From contig BCKQ01000050.1 of assembly GCA_001600695.1 (NCBI GenBank), positions 1 through 11,819 on the forward strand: 11,819 nt of DNA. The letters run 5' to 3'. The position numbers were made by a program, and so were the translations under genes. Of the stretch, positions 1 to 7,971 are shown piece after piece (within the stretch, counting starts at the first letter, position 1; each line of letters opens with the position of its first letter). The DNA is from Ascoidea asiatica JCM 7603. Lineage: Eukaryota > Fungi > Ascomycota. Below the pieces are notes generated by a model, which searched no databases, was not told the origin of the DNA, and saw only the letters and a list, made by a program, of their open reading frames with translations.

Positions 1-354
1 CAATTTTGTGAAAAAACAGAGAAAAATTTTGCAATGAACTCTTCAAAAAATAATTCTTCGCCTTACAGTTTTTCACTTCTTGATCTTGTTAATAATGACA
101 GATTTTTTGAAAACATAAAGTATTACAAGCTTATTAAAAAGGTTATTTATCAGTTAGAGTCATCAATTAAAACTCCTTTCTCTTCCAGAATTAGTAAAGA
201 GCATAATGTAGGGCCCAAAAATTCAAGGGAAATCATTGGTATTGGAATTTCACTTTTCGAAGAAATAATAACAAAAAACATTAGTTTTCCAATATTAAAG
301 CATTTACAGGATTGTTTGAAGATTATCGATGAAAAATATCTATCGAAAATTTAA
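1..354 (+). CDS. 3' end of an unidentified protein-coding gene (frame open from base 1; the ATG at 34 may be internal)
   Basis: Frame +1 has no stop from base 1 (QFCEKTEKNFA-MNSS...) to TAA at 352-354. That is 117 codons in very AT-rich DNA, with an amphipathic-helix-like residue pattern. No recognisable domain. Confidence 0.4.
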   Translation, partial: QFCEKTEKNFAMNSSKNNSSPYSFSLLDLVNNDRFFENIKYYKLIKKVIYQLESSIKTPFSSRISKEHNVGPKNSREIIGIGISLFEEIITKNISFPILKHLQDCLKIIDEKYLSKI

Positions 355-444
355 AATCCACAATACGGGAGATAATATATTAGTCCAAATTTTTATGAGT
401 GTGTTCTTTTAGGGTATATGATTTTATATTCTCCACTCTCATAA

Positions 445-488
445 ATCGGTAACTTATCATTCTGGTAATTATTTTTCTGGTAATTATT
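445..488. repeat. Short tandem repeat, ~15-bp period
   Basis: TTCTGGTAATTATT occurs exactly at 460-473 and 475-488, with a degenerate copy (ATCGGTAACTTATC) at 445-458. Confidence 0.6.
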
Positions 489-1449
489 ATCGTTTCAAAA
501 TTATCGAATTTGGTTGAATGAATATTATACAAGCTCTCTTCAAAGAGCCAATTAAACGTTATTACACAAAAATTAGAATAATGTTGTTTTTAATAATATA
601 TGAGTTCTTCAACGCTACTTGCGCAACGTTCTGAATTTTTAATCATGATAACTGAGATTGTCATATTTTTAGTGGCTTGCCAAAATTTTTAGGGACTCTA
701 GTTAATCTTTCTTATTGTTATAGATTTATTTTAACTCGATTCAGGTTGATCGTATTTTTGTTGGCGGTAGAAGTAGCTCAGGTAAGGAATTTTTACTACA
801 ATAGTTTGAGCGTAAAGCCACTCTATTTTTATATTTATACTCTCTAAGTGTAAATAACATACTAATTTTAACAACTATCAACATCTGAATAAATAACACT
901 AGCAAATTGTATGTATACATAAAGTAACCAGATCTATATGTAAAATAAAAACTTCTTTACAGTTTTTTAAATAATTTTATTGAATTTTTATAGAAAAAGA
1001 GGATAAATAGACTGAAAAGCCTACATAATCTTTAAGTGGGATAGGTAACCATCAAGAAAAAATATCTTAGAAAATATTTCTAAAACAATAAAAAAAAGTT
1101 AGAAATCATGTTTTCTACACCCTAAATTATCTAGTTAGTGTCTTTTTGTTTTAGTTAGAAGAGTATGCTAAATTTATCATCTTTCAAGTTAATAACGTAA
1201 AAATTTATTATGTTACTTGATTTGCAAGTTATTACACCCATATAAGTTTATATAACATGTGTAGGGTATATTATGCTACATTTCGAAATTATTTAAGCAG
1301 ATTAATTTTAGTCAAAGCTTTTTCTGACAAAAATGAGTAATTCATCCAAACTTAGTAATTTTAAAATTAATTCACAGACATATATCAGGCATGTTTTTTT
1401 TTGAAGCAATCACGATAGCTTTTATAGCGCACTATTTCCAGTTCATATA

Positions 1450-4400
1450 TTATCTTCCAAAGTTAGGTAAGCGTAATCTACTTTTTGTTTTTACTCTAGA
1501 GCCAGTAAAAGGGTCTTCTTTGTTTATGGTCGTCAGCTTAGTCAAAGAAACATTTCCAAACTGAAAGCTAAGATCATCCAAATCAGTTTTCGATTTTTCA
1601 GGATATTGAATTGAAGTATTCCCAATTCCTAGAGCTCTGTTAATTTTCTCTTGCCAAAATTTTTTAGCTTCATCTAATAGTTCTAAGTTATTGGAAACCT
1701 GTGAGCCTGTTGAGGCTCCATTCAAAAGTAGTAGTTCAGCGATCTCAAAAACCGGCTCTTCCCTAGAATCGGAAAAATGTGTGAGTGCATACTCTAAAAG
1801 ACTTGATTCTATTTCCTTTTCCTTTCCTTTTATGACTAGCATATTAGGATTTGCATTACTAGACAAAGCTCTAAGAATCATATGAACATTATTTGAATGA
1901 ATACCATAGATTAAATGATTGTTGGCTTTGATATCATGCTCAACATATAAACGTTTTTTATATTTGTTAGTAATAAATGAACTACGTTCTGAAGCTGACG
2001 AGTTAAAGGAGATTAGGGACTGCTTATCTCTCAAATTTGCTTCCCAATAAGAGTTCACTGTCGAATTCGACACTGAGTGAAGAAGCTTAACCATCTCTTT
2101 TGTAAATATTGATACGTCTAAAGTTAAAGATCGAATTTTCGAAATATGAGAGCCTAAGCTTCTATGAATCCCAGAACAATCTATGCAAACAACAAGTAGA
2201 AGATTGATTGATAGCCATTCAACTGATTTTGTCGATCCACAATCACAGCAGTTGTAATTACTTTTATCAATGTTGCGAACCAATGCGAAATAATTGGTTG
2301 TAGGCACACTGGGCAAACTCTTTGAGGGTATAACACTTTCATCTTGTAGCTTCTTTGGCAGCTCTAAGCTGGTAGAACCCGCTGGAAATTTTTCATAAGT
2401 ATTTCTACTAATTTCATTTCCATTCATCCCCATAGAATTAGTCGTACTTGCTTTGACAGCATTGTTTAAACTATCAATCCAAGACATTCTATCTTGTTCA
2501 CTTGATGCTTGAAATAATCTTCTCAAATTTGTATTTGTCACTACCTCAAAACAAAATCTTCTATCATTGTGGGTTTCAAGGTATCTAATGCAGGCTAATT
2601 TTAATTCAATGGGCTGCCCTCTTAAAACCTTCCCTGTTTTCCAATCAGCGTACTCTTTCAAAGTTGTACCTTCTAAAACCATCCAGTGCTTATGCCAGCC
2701 AGTTTTTGCTTGTCCACCATAACTCCATAATATCCCCTGTTTATCCACCAAAGAATTTCGTTTTGAAGAGTTACTTTCCTTTAGAAAATCCAAAGCACTT
2801 GCAATTTCTTGAAAACTCTGCGCGTTAACAATATTTGTTCTCTTGATATACTGCTGATTTTTTATATTCGACCAAGTTTCCACCAAATCCTGACAATAGT
2901 GAATATGCTCAATGCAAACACTAATTGAAGAATTTAGTTGATCTCCTTTTTGTTGAGTGATATCTGGTTTACCAAAACTATAGCTGTTGTTTAAAGCTTT
3001 TCGAGTAAAGTAACAAACATTCAACAAAAATTTTCTAAAAAACTCACCATTTTTGATTTCATTCAAATAGTTGAAGTAATCATATCTCACTAACTCAAAT
3101 TTTTTTTTTTTGCTGAGCAACTTTTCGTCACGTTTAGATAATGCCCCTGAAACGTTCATGAGTATGTCTTTATCATCCTCTATTCTGAGCAGTTTGGTAT
3201 TAGTAGCATCTGGAGTAGTACTTGAAATTCTCATGAGAGAATCTTTTCCTACATATCGCGAGGTAATTGAACTGCCATCTTTTGAGAGATATTTACTTGC
3301 AGAGGAGTAATAGTCTTTACTACTATCAAAATACTGCTTTTTCCGAATAGCAAGGTTTTTGAAATCGCTATTGTAATATAACGATCTTAAAGGTGATAGA
3401 AAAAATTTCTTCAATAATGTTATTTCATCTAAATCTTCTTGCATGTTATGCTTTTCAATAGTTATTAGGTTCAAGATAATATCCTCAGCTTTCTGTTTAA
3501 ATTCATATCCATCAAAAAAAGTTACAAATTCTTTTAGATCTGTTACAAACTCATTTTTACAGGATAAAGAATCAGAGATGGAGCTTTCAAGATTTTCAAG
3601 TTTCTTAAGTAATAACTTGACTCTAGGCTTTAAATTCATTGCAAAATCCTCAAGGTCATTGACTGCCTTTCTATAAAAGGGACCATCAACTGAAGGTAGA
3701 TAGTCTGTTTCTGGCTCTTTTATACTCGAAGAAAGACCATCATCGGAGGCTTTAATGTTAGCCTGTGCTGCGAGAGACTGTTTTGGACTAGTAACTTCTA
3801 GCAAACTATTATTCTCCTTGAAATCTGTAGGAGAATTGTTTTCATATTTTTGAACCAAATTTTTTAGCTCAGATTGAGACTCATGTGTTTGAAGTATACT
3901 GTCATCTTTGAAAAATCTTTCTGGCTCACACCAAATACCAAAATATACTAGAGGTTTGAATATATCGTCTGTTTTATCCTGATGGAAAATATAATATATA
4001 TAGGCACCTTCTGATGAATTTGGAAGATTGTATAAAAATGAAAATTTAAGGGTGGTAGAAGAATTATTACTAGACTCATTTCGTTTCTCAACTACCGGAA
4101 CATTATTAAGGGATGCTGCAATATTATCTCTCTGAACATCCCCTATAATAACAACATTATTATCATCATCATAAATTCCTTCAGATATCTGCAGGATTTC
4201 CTTTAATTTTTCAAAAATTTCATCTTTTGATCTTCCCCTAATTAAACAAAGGTTTTTGAAAACAGGAATAGAATCTTCCAACGACTTTACAGAAGACAGC
4301 CTTTTGAGAGAATCGTAGTCGTTAGGTTCATTTTGGGAAACCCCCGTTGTGGAATCCTCAACTGATAAACTGGGATCTTTAAAATCTTTGCAAGTATTTT

Positions 4401-4884
4401 TCAGAGAACTAAAATCTACAGTAGAAGATGTTTGCAGTTTCTTAGTTTCTTCAGTGATACTTTGTTCCAAATTTTCAACGAAATTGAAATCTTCTACCAG
4501 TATAGGGGAAGCAGCTAGTGTGGCATCAAGCTCTGCATACTGGGGTTGTGTTTCAAAAACAAAAATTATTTGAGAATGTGAATGAATGTCTAAAAGAAAA
4601 GGATATGAAATTTCTGGAAAATGACAGTTTTGAACAAATTTACATGGCGTATTTTGATGCTCCACTCCTTTTTGGCTATAACCTTGGATTCCAATCAGAG
4701 TGTCATTGTTTGCAATCTTTATCAAAGAAGGATAATTTGGAGCAGTTTGAGTATCATTCCATTGTGATCCTTTACCACCAGAGCGAATGATTATGTTTCT
4801 AATATTAAACTTATTTATATTAGAAAATACTAGTGGTTGACCAAAAGAAATTGAATTCTTTTCTTTACTTGTTACTTGTCCCAT
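1450..4884 (-). CDS. AGE1: ADP-ribosylation factor GTPase-activating protein, ACAP/centaurin-beta-like architecture (BAR-PH-ArfGAP-ankyrin), Age1 family, 1144 aa
   Basis: ArfGAP zinc finger with catalytic Arg: CCDCGSTKSVEWLSINLLLVVCIDCSGIHRSLGSHISKIRSLTLD (C-x2-C-x17-C-x2-C-x4-R; as I recall, the x17 spacing and sequence match yeast Age1). PH domain: KQGILW...WHKHWMVL...RRFCFEVVT...FQASSEQDRMSWI. BAR-like start DGPFYRKAVNDLE followed by long helices. Ankyrin-like segments: ILRALSSNANPN and IAELLLLNGA. N-terminus MGQVTS fits the myristoylation consensus. Confidence 0.9.
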   Translation of the reverse strand: MGQVTSKEKNSISFGQPLVFSNINKFNIRNIIIRSGGKGSQWNDTQTAPNYPSLIKIANNDTLIGIQGYSQKGVEHQNTPCKFVQNCHFPEISYPFLLDIHSHSQIIFVFETQPQYAELDATLAASPILVEDFNFVENLEQSITEETKKLQTSSTVDFSSLKNTCKDFKDPSLSVEDSTTGVSQNEPNDYDSLKRLSSVKSLEDSIPVFKNLCLIRGRSKDEIFEKLKEILQISEGIYDDDNNVVIIGDVQRDNIAASLNNVPVVEKRNESSNNSSTTLKFSFLYNLPNSSEGAYIYYIFHQDKTDDIFKPLVYFGIWCEPERFFKDDSILQTHESQSELKNLVQKYENNSPTDFKENNSLLEVTSPKQSLAAQANIKASDDGLSSSIKEPETDYLPSVDGPFYRKAVNDLEDFAMNLKPRVKLLLKKLENLESSISDSLSCKNEFVTDLKEFVTFFDGYEFKQKAEDIILNLITIEKHNMQEDLDEITLLKKFFLSPLRSLYYNSDFKNLAIRKKQYFDSSKDYYSSASKYLSKDGSSITSRYVGKDSLMRISSTTPDATNTKLLRIEDDKDILMNVSGALSKRDEKLLSKKKKFELVRYDYFNYLNEIKNGEFFRKFLLNVCYFTRKALNNSYSFGKPDITQQKGDQLNSSISVCIEHIHYCQDLVETWSNIKNQQYIKRTNIVNAQSFQEIASALDFLKESNSSKRNSLVDKQGILWSYGGQAKTGWHKHWMVLEGTTLKEYADWKTGKVLRGQPIELKLACIRYLETHNDRRFCFEVVTNTNLRRLFQASSEQDRMSWIDSLNNAVKASTTNSMGMNGNEISRNTYEKFPAGSTSLELPKKLQDESVIPSKSLPSVPTTNYFALVRNIDKSNYNCCDCGSTKSVEWLSINLLLVVCIDCSGIHRSLGSHISKIRSLTLDVSIFTKEMVKLLHSVSNSTVNSYWEANLRDKQSLISFNSSASERSSFITNKYKKRLYVEHDIKANNHLIYGIHSNNVHMILRALSSNANPNMLVIKGKEKEIESSLLEYALTHFSDSREEPVFEIAELLLLNGASTGSQVSNNLELLDEAKKFWQEKINRALGIGNTSIQYPEKSKTDLDDLSFQFGNVSLTKLTTINKEDPFTGSRVKTKSRLRLPNFGR

Positions 4885-5113
4885 GTTTTTTTAGAAAAGA
4901 TAGTTGATTTAAAAAAAGAAAAAATATATTCGAATTTATATCCATGTTGATAAAGAATTGCATTTACATATTTGTTCAATTGCGAGCTCATATGCCTTGC
5001 TTTTTTACTTTAATTCTTAAACAATAATAGTATCACTAAACACATGATTACGTTGCATTAACACAGACGAATGGCGATTGCAGATCTGTGGATCAAAATT
5101 TAATTCAAGCTAA

Positions 5114-5121
5114 ATCACGTG
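5114..5121 (+). promoter_or_regulatory. RTCACGTG bHLH (Cbf1/Tye7-type) E-box in the divergent AGE1/MATalpha1 promoter
   Basis: ATCACGTG 230 bp upstream of the AGE1 ATG, followed by a long poly(T) tract (about 5127-5138) typical of nucleosome-depleted yeast promoters. Confidence 0.4.
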
Positions 5122-5147
5122 GATTGTTTTTTTTTTTTATTTCTAGA

Positions 5148-5155
5148 TTACGTAA
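5148..5155. promoter_or_regulatory. Palindromic TTACGTAA, possible bZIP site
   Basis: Perfect 8-bp palindrome in the AGE1/alpha1 intergenic region, with a related GATTACGT near 5046. Motif match only. Confidence 0.25.
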
Positions 5156-5662
5156 CATACTCATCACACTTACTTTTTTTGCTAAGCATATTTGCAGTGA
5201 ATAGTATTAAACCAGAATAAATGCTTTTATCCTAAAAATGCAGGAATAAGTTTGCAGGTAAAAATTTTTAACGGGAAAATCATCAATCAATCTCTGTTTT
5301 ACTAATAATTTCCCTTTACAAAATCAACTATTTAAAATTCTAGGACTTTTAGCAAAACATTTGCTTCACGTTTACCCTTACAAACGGGATATATTTCACT
5401 GACAGTATTAATAGATAAGCACTTTTCAAAATTCTGCTTTGGGGCTGAAATTACTTAGAACCCAAATGCTACAATTACTACACTGTAGAGTCTGATGGCT
5501 TTCGGTTTTATAACTATTAGTATAAGTATAAATCTCAAGAATTTGATTACTGAAGTATTAGAAGTTCTTTTGTACGTATTTTTCTTTATCCTTTATATTT
5601 TTGTTTTTTAGAAATAAAAAAGACCAGTTCCAGATATAGCTTTTTTTATTATTTCAAGCAGG

Positions 5663-6424
5663 ATGTCCAAAGGTTTACACCCAGTTATAAACAAGAAACC
5701 CGCATTTATCATAAAGAATTATAAGATTGCAAAGGCGCCTAAAAGGAAGGTTGAAAGCAAAAGAAAATCCGAGTTGAAGAATACCACCAATGTATTTCAA
5801 TCTGGTCTTGCGCCAACAATACCTTCACCTTCTTTAGAGTTGTCTACTATGTTGGCAAGTGTTAAAAAAGAAGAGCTTACCGAAAATCTAAAAATCAATG
5901 AAGAAAAAAAATTAACAAAGTCTATCAAAAAAATTCCTAAAAAGAGAAGATTAAATGGATTTATGGCCTTTAGATCATATTATTCTAAAAGGATATGTAG
6001 CGCCTCCCTTCAAAGAAGGCTATCGTCAAGCTTAAGCAAATTTTGGGAAAAAGAAAAGAATCAATCCTCATGGCAAAAATTGGCAATAATATACAACTCA
6101 GAAGTACGTGATATTTCTTTTAATGATTGGTTAAGTTCCATGAATGAAGACATCAATACTTCTGCCAATAGTGGCGATGAAAGGAAAAAAAATGGTACTA
6201 TAGAAGATATTTTTGATGAAGAGAGTTGTTTTAGCCAGGATTTTACTTTACCTTCTATAGATTTGCAAAATCAATTTCTTTCCAGTTTTCAAATTGATAA
6301 TTGTGATAATACTTTTCTTTCGAATGCTGGTTTTGATTCTTTCAACTTCTTAGTAGATTTAGAGACTCAAGATCCTTTTTTAAGCTCACTTCTAAATTTT
6401 AACACTTCTACATCAGGACTTTAA
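5663..6424 (+). CDS. MATalpha1: Mating-type alpha1 protein (alpha-box/HMG-related activator), 253 aa
   Basis: Alpha-box core KKRRLNGFMAFRSYYSKR...QRRLSSSLSKFWEKEKNQSSWQKLAIIYN. N-terminal KPAFIIKN resembles S. cerevisiae alpha1 KPAFKIKN. Acidic/Phe-rich C-terminal tail. No intron is needed. Adjacent to an alpha2 homeobox gene. Confidence 0.95.
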   Translation: MSKGLHPVINKKPAFIIKNYKIAKAPKRKVESKRKSELKNTTNVFQSGLAPTIPSPSLELSTMLASVKKEELTENLKINEEKKLTKSIKKIPKKRRLNGFMAFRSYYSKRICSASLQRRLSSSLSKFWEKEKNQSSWQKLAIIYNSEVRDISFNDWLSSMNEDINTSANSGDERKKNGTIEDIFDEESCFSQDFTLPSIDLQNQFLSSFQIDNCDNTFLSNAGFDSFNFLVDLETQDPFLSSLLNFNTSTSGL

Positions 6425-6754
6425 TTACTATTGGTATTATTTTACTATAAATAGAGTTCATATCAGCTATTTAATTTTTCAACATATAATGAATTTTCTA
6501 AACTTTTTTTTCTTCAAAATTTTTCTTATTTCTTTCTTAATTAATGGACACTTAATTGTTAATTTTACTTCTCAAGGACACTTTAATATATATTTAATAT
6601 AAAAAAACCTGTATACTCAAAATGACATTTATATTTTAATTTTTAGTTGTAAATATTAAGTGAAACTCTTTATATTGCTAGTTCGAGAAAGCAAAGATAC
6701 AGCATAATCTAATCGGTTATAATAAGCAGCATAAGTTTTCAGATAAATAAAAAC

Positions 6755-7815
6755 TTATTTTTCCAAGATACTACGAACGACATCACTGACTTCCGGATTT
6801 CGGTCCTTGCGTCTTAAAAATGTTAATACTTGAACAAAAAATAATAAACCAAAAAATTTATTTTTTAGTAACATACCTTCTGTTACAAAGCCTGATAAAT
6901 AGAATGTTAGAAATGGGTCGTTTAGTTATAATGGTCTAAGCACTGCTGATAATAACAATAATAATAAAAATAATAAAAATAACAAAATTCATATAAATAA
7001 TGGATATAATAAAATTTATAAGTTATAAAAACATTAAAAATAATACAAAAACAAAAAATTGATGACTTACCAATAACGAATTTGTTTTTCGGATAATTTT
7101 GTTCTTTTGATGAGTGAACCTATATCATTCCCAACATAACTATTAGGTAAATGATCCTGATACCTTCATAAAAATGTTAGTAAAAAAGTTTATCAACTAA
7201 AAAAAACTGATGCATACTTACCAAGATTCTAATATTTGATTGCTTTCTTTAGAATGACGTTGAACCTTTGAAGATTTAAGAATTGGCCCGGACTTTGGAG
7301 TTATAATTTCTTTAAATGTTATTTGACTTTTTTCTGGTTGTTTTACTTTAAAAGTGTTAACACCTTCAAGTTGTGCTCTAGAGACTATTGCAGATGATAA
7401 ATTGTTTGAAACCATATTGATGTTACCCAAAATTTTAATTATATCTGAGTGAGTGAGCATTTGTTTATTTTTATCATTTGAAATCAAATTTTTAAGCATC
7501 TGTATTTGTTAGTTATAAAAGTATCAAAAAGCATTTTTAACAATCAACACACTGAAGTTACATACTTTATTTGCAGAACTCGCTTCTTTTGCAACCATAG
7601 CAAAGTCAAATTCATCTGCTGAACAAACGTATCCTAAGCATCTTCCTAATGTATAATATAGTTCTGAAAGCCTTGAAGAACAGGTTAGAACAAAAATCCT
7701 TTTATTTTATAAATTAAATCATAGTTAAATTTGAAACATACTCTTTTTTGAATTCCTTTTTCTTTGGATCTTCAACTGGTTGTTGATTCTGGGAAATCAA
7801 ATTTGAAATATTCAT
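6755..7815 (-). CDS. MATalpha2: Mating-type alpha2 homeodomain repressor, spliced: complement(join(6755..6812,6877..6891,7071..7163,7222..7499,7566..7671,7742..7815)), 624 nt, 207 aa
   Basis: Spliced translation: MNISNLISQNQQPVEDPKKKEFKKELSELYYTLGRCLGYVCSADEFDFAMVAKEASSANKMLKNL...QITFKEIITPKSGPILKSSKVQRHSKESNQILESWYQDHLPNSYVGNDIGSLIKRTKLSEKQIRYWLCNRRRKDRNPEVSDVVRSILEK*. The homeodomain aligns with S. cerevisiae alpha2 (ILESWF..NPY..LSRIQIKNWVSNRRRK). N-terminal ISNLI resembles IKDLL, and a C-terminal amphipathic tail is present. All five introns have GTATGT or GTAAGT donors and CTAAC/TTAAC branch points, and all phases are consistent. Confidence 0.92.
6813..6876 (-). other. MATalpha2 intron 5 (64 nt, phase 2, weak TATTAAC branch point, AAG acceptor)
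   Basis: GTATGT...TATTAAC-ATTTTTAAG. Restores NR-R-RKDRNPEVSDVVRSILEK, matching the alpha2 NRRRK motif plus tail. Confidence 0.8.
6892..7070 (-). other. MATalpha2 intron 4 (179 nt, phase 2 within the Trp48 codon, CAG acceptor)
   Basis: GTAAGT...TTCTAAC-ATTCTATTTATCAG. Restores QIRY-W-LCNR. Confidence 0.88.
6949..6987. repeat. Imperfect (AAT/AAC/AAA)n low-complexity tract inside alpha2 intron 4
   Basis: ATAATAACAATAATAATAAAAATAATAAAAATAACAAAA. It accounts for part of the extra length of intron 4. Confidence 0.6.
7164..7221 (-). other. MATalpha2 intron 3 (58 nt, phase 2 within the helix-1 Trp codon, AAG acceptor)
   Basis: GTAAGT...TACTAAC-ATTTTTATGAAG. Restores ILES-W-YQDH. The CAG 7 nt downstream is out of frame and leads to TAG. 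Confidence 0.88.
7500..7565 (-). other. MATalpha2 intron 2 (66 nt, phase 0, CAG acceptor)
   Basis: GTATGT...AACTAAC-AAATACAG, joining ...SSANK to MLKNL... in frame. Contains an in-frame TGA if retained. Confidence 0.85.
7672..7741 (-). other. MATalpha2 intron 1 (70 nt, phase 2, AAG acceptor)
   Basis: GTATGT...TTCTAAC-CTGTTCTTCAAG. Using the next CAG (ending 7664) shifts frame into a TGA. Confidence 0.8.
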
Positions 7816-7961
7816 CTTCTTTTTTTATACCTAAAGTCGTTAAATATCAAAGCAATCTTATTCAAGAATAAAGCCAATTCTAAGTATATTTATAAGCATA
7901 ACTTTTTTGATTAACAAGATGATAAGGAAAAAAAGATAATTTTGAGAGTTTAACAATTCTT

Positions 7962-7971
7962 GTCACGTGAT
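7962..7971. promoter_or_regulatory. Palindromic RTCACGTGAY (Cbf1/Tye7-type) site upstream of MATalpha2
   Basis: GTCACGTGAT about 150 bp upstream of the alpha2 ATG (7815). A TATAAATA lies on the minus strand at 7894-7887, between the site and the ATG. Confidence 0.5.

Larger units (their letters stand above)
5663..7815. other. MAT: MATalpha gene pair (alpha1 and alpha2 in convergent orientation)
   Basis: An alpha-box gene on + and an alpha2 homeobox gene on -, with stop codons 330 bp apart. Confidence 0.92.

Noticed and set aside
600-692. 30-aa ORF ending in CQNF, considered as an a-factor-like CaaX pheromone
   Set aside because: Q and N are not aliphatic, the sequence lacks a-factor precursor character, and it sits at an alpha locus.
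1691-4790. Five short plus-strand ORFs (1691, 3110, 3443, 4349, 4518)
   Set aside because: Antisense shadows within the AGE1 CDS, with no motifs.
4885-5662. Mcm1 or a1-alpha2 operator in the alpha1 promoter
   Set aside because: No correctly spaced CC-N6-GG or TGT-N9-CATC match was found by eye.
5663-6424. HO endonuclease cut site or HML-type silent cassette features
   Set aside because: No CGCAACA-type Y/Z junction was seen in alpha1, no silencer array or X/Z repeats are detectable within the window, and the gene orientation differs from Saccharomycetaceae cassettes.
7218-7499. 93-aa ORF as a stand-alone gene
   Set aside because: It is exon 3 of MATalpha2. Its ATG directly follows an intron CAG and its stop lies within the GTAAGT donor.
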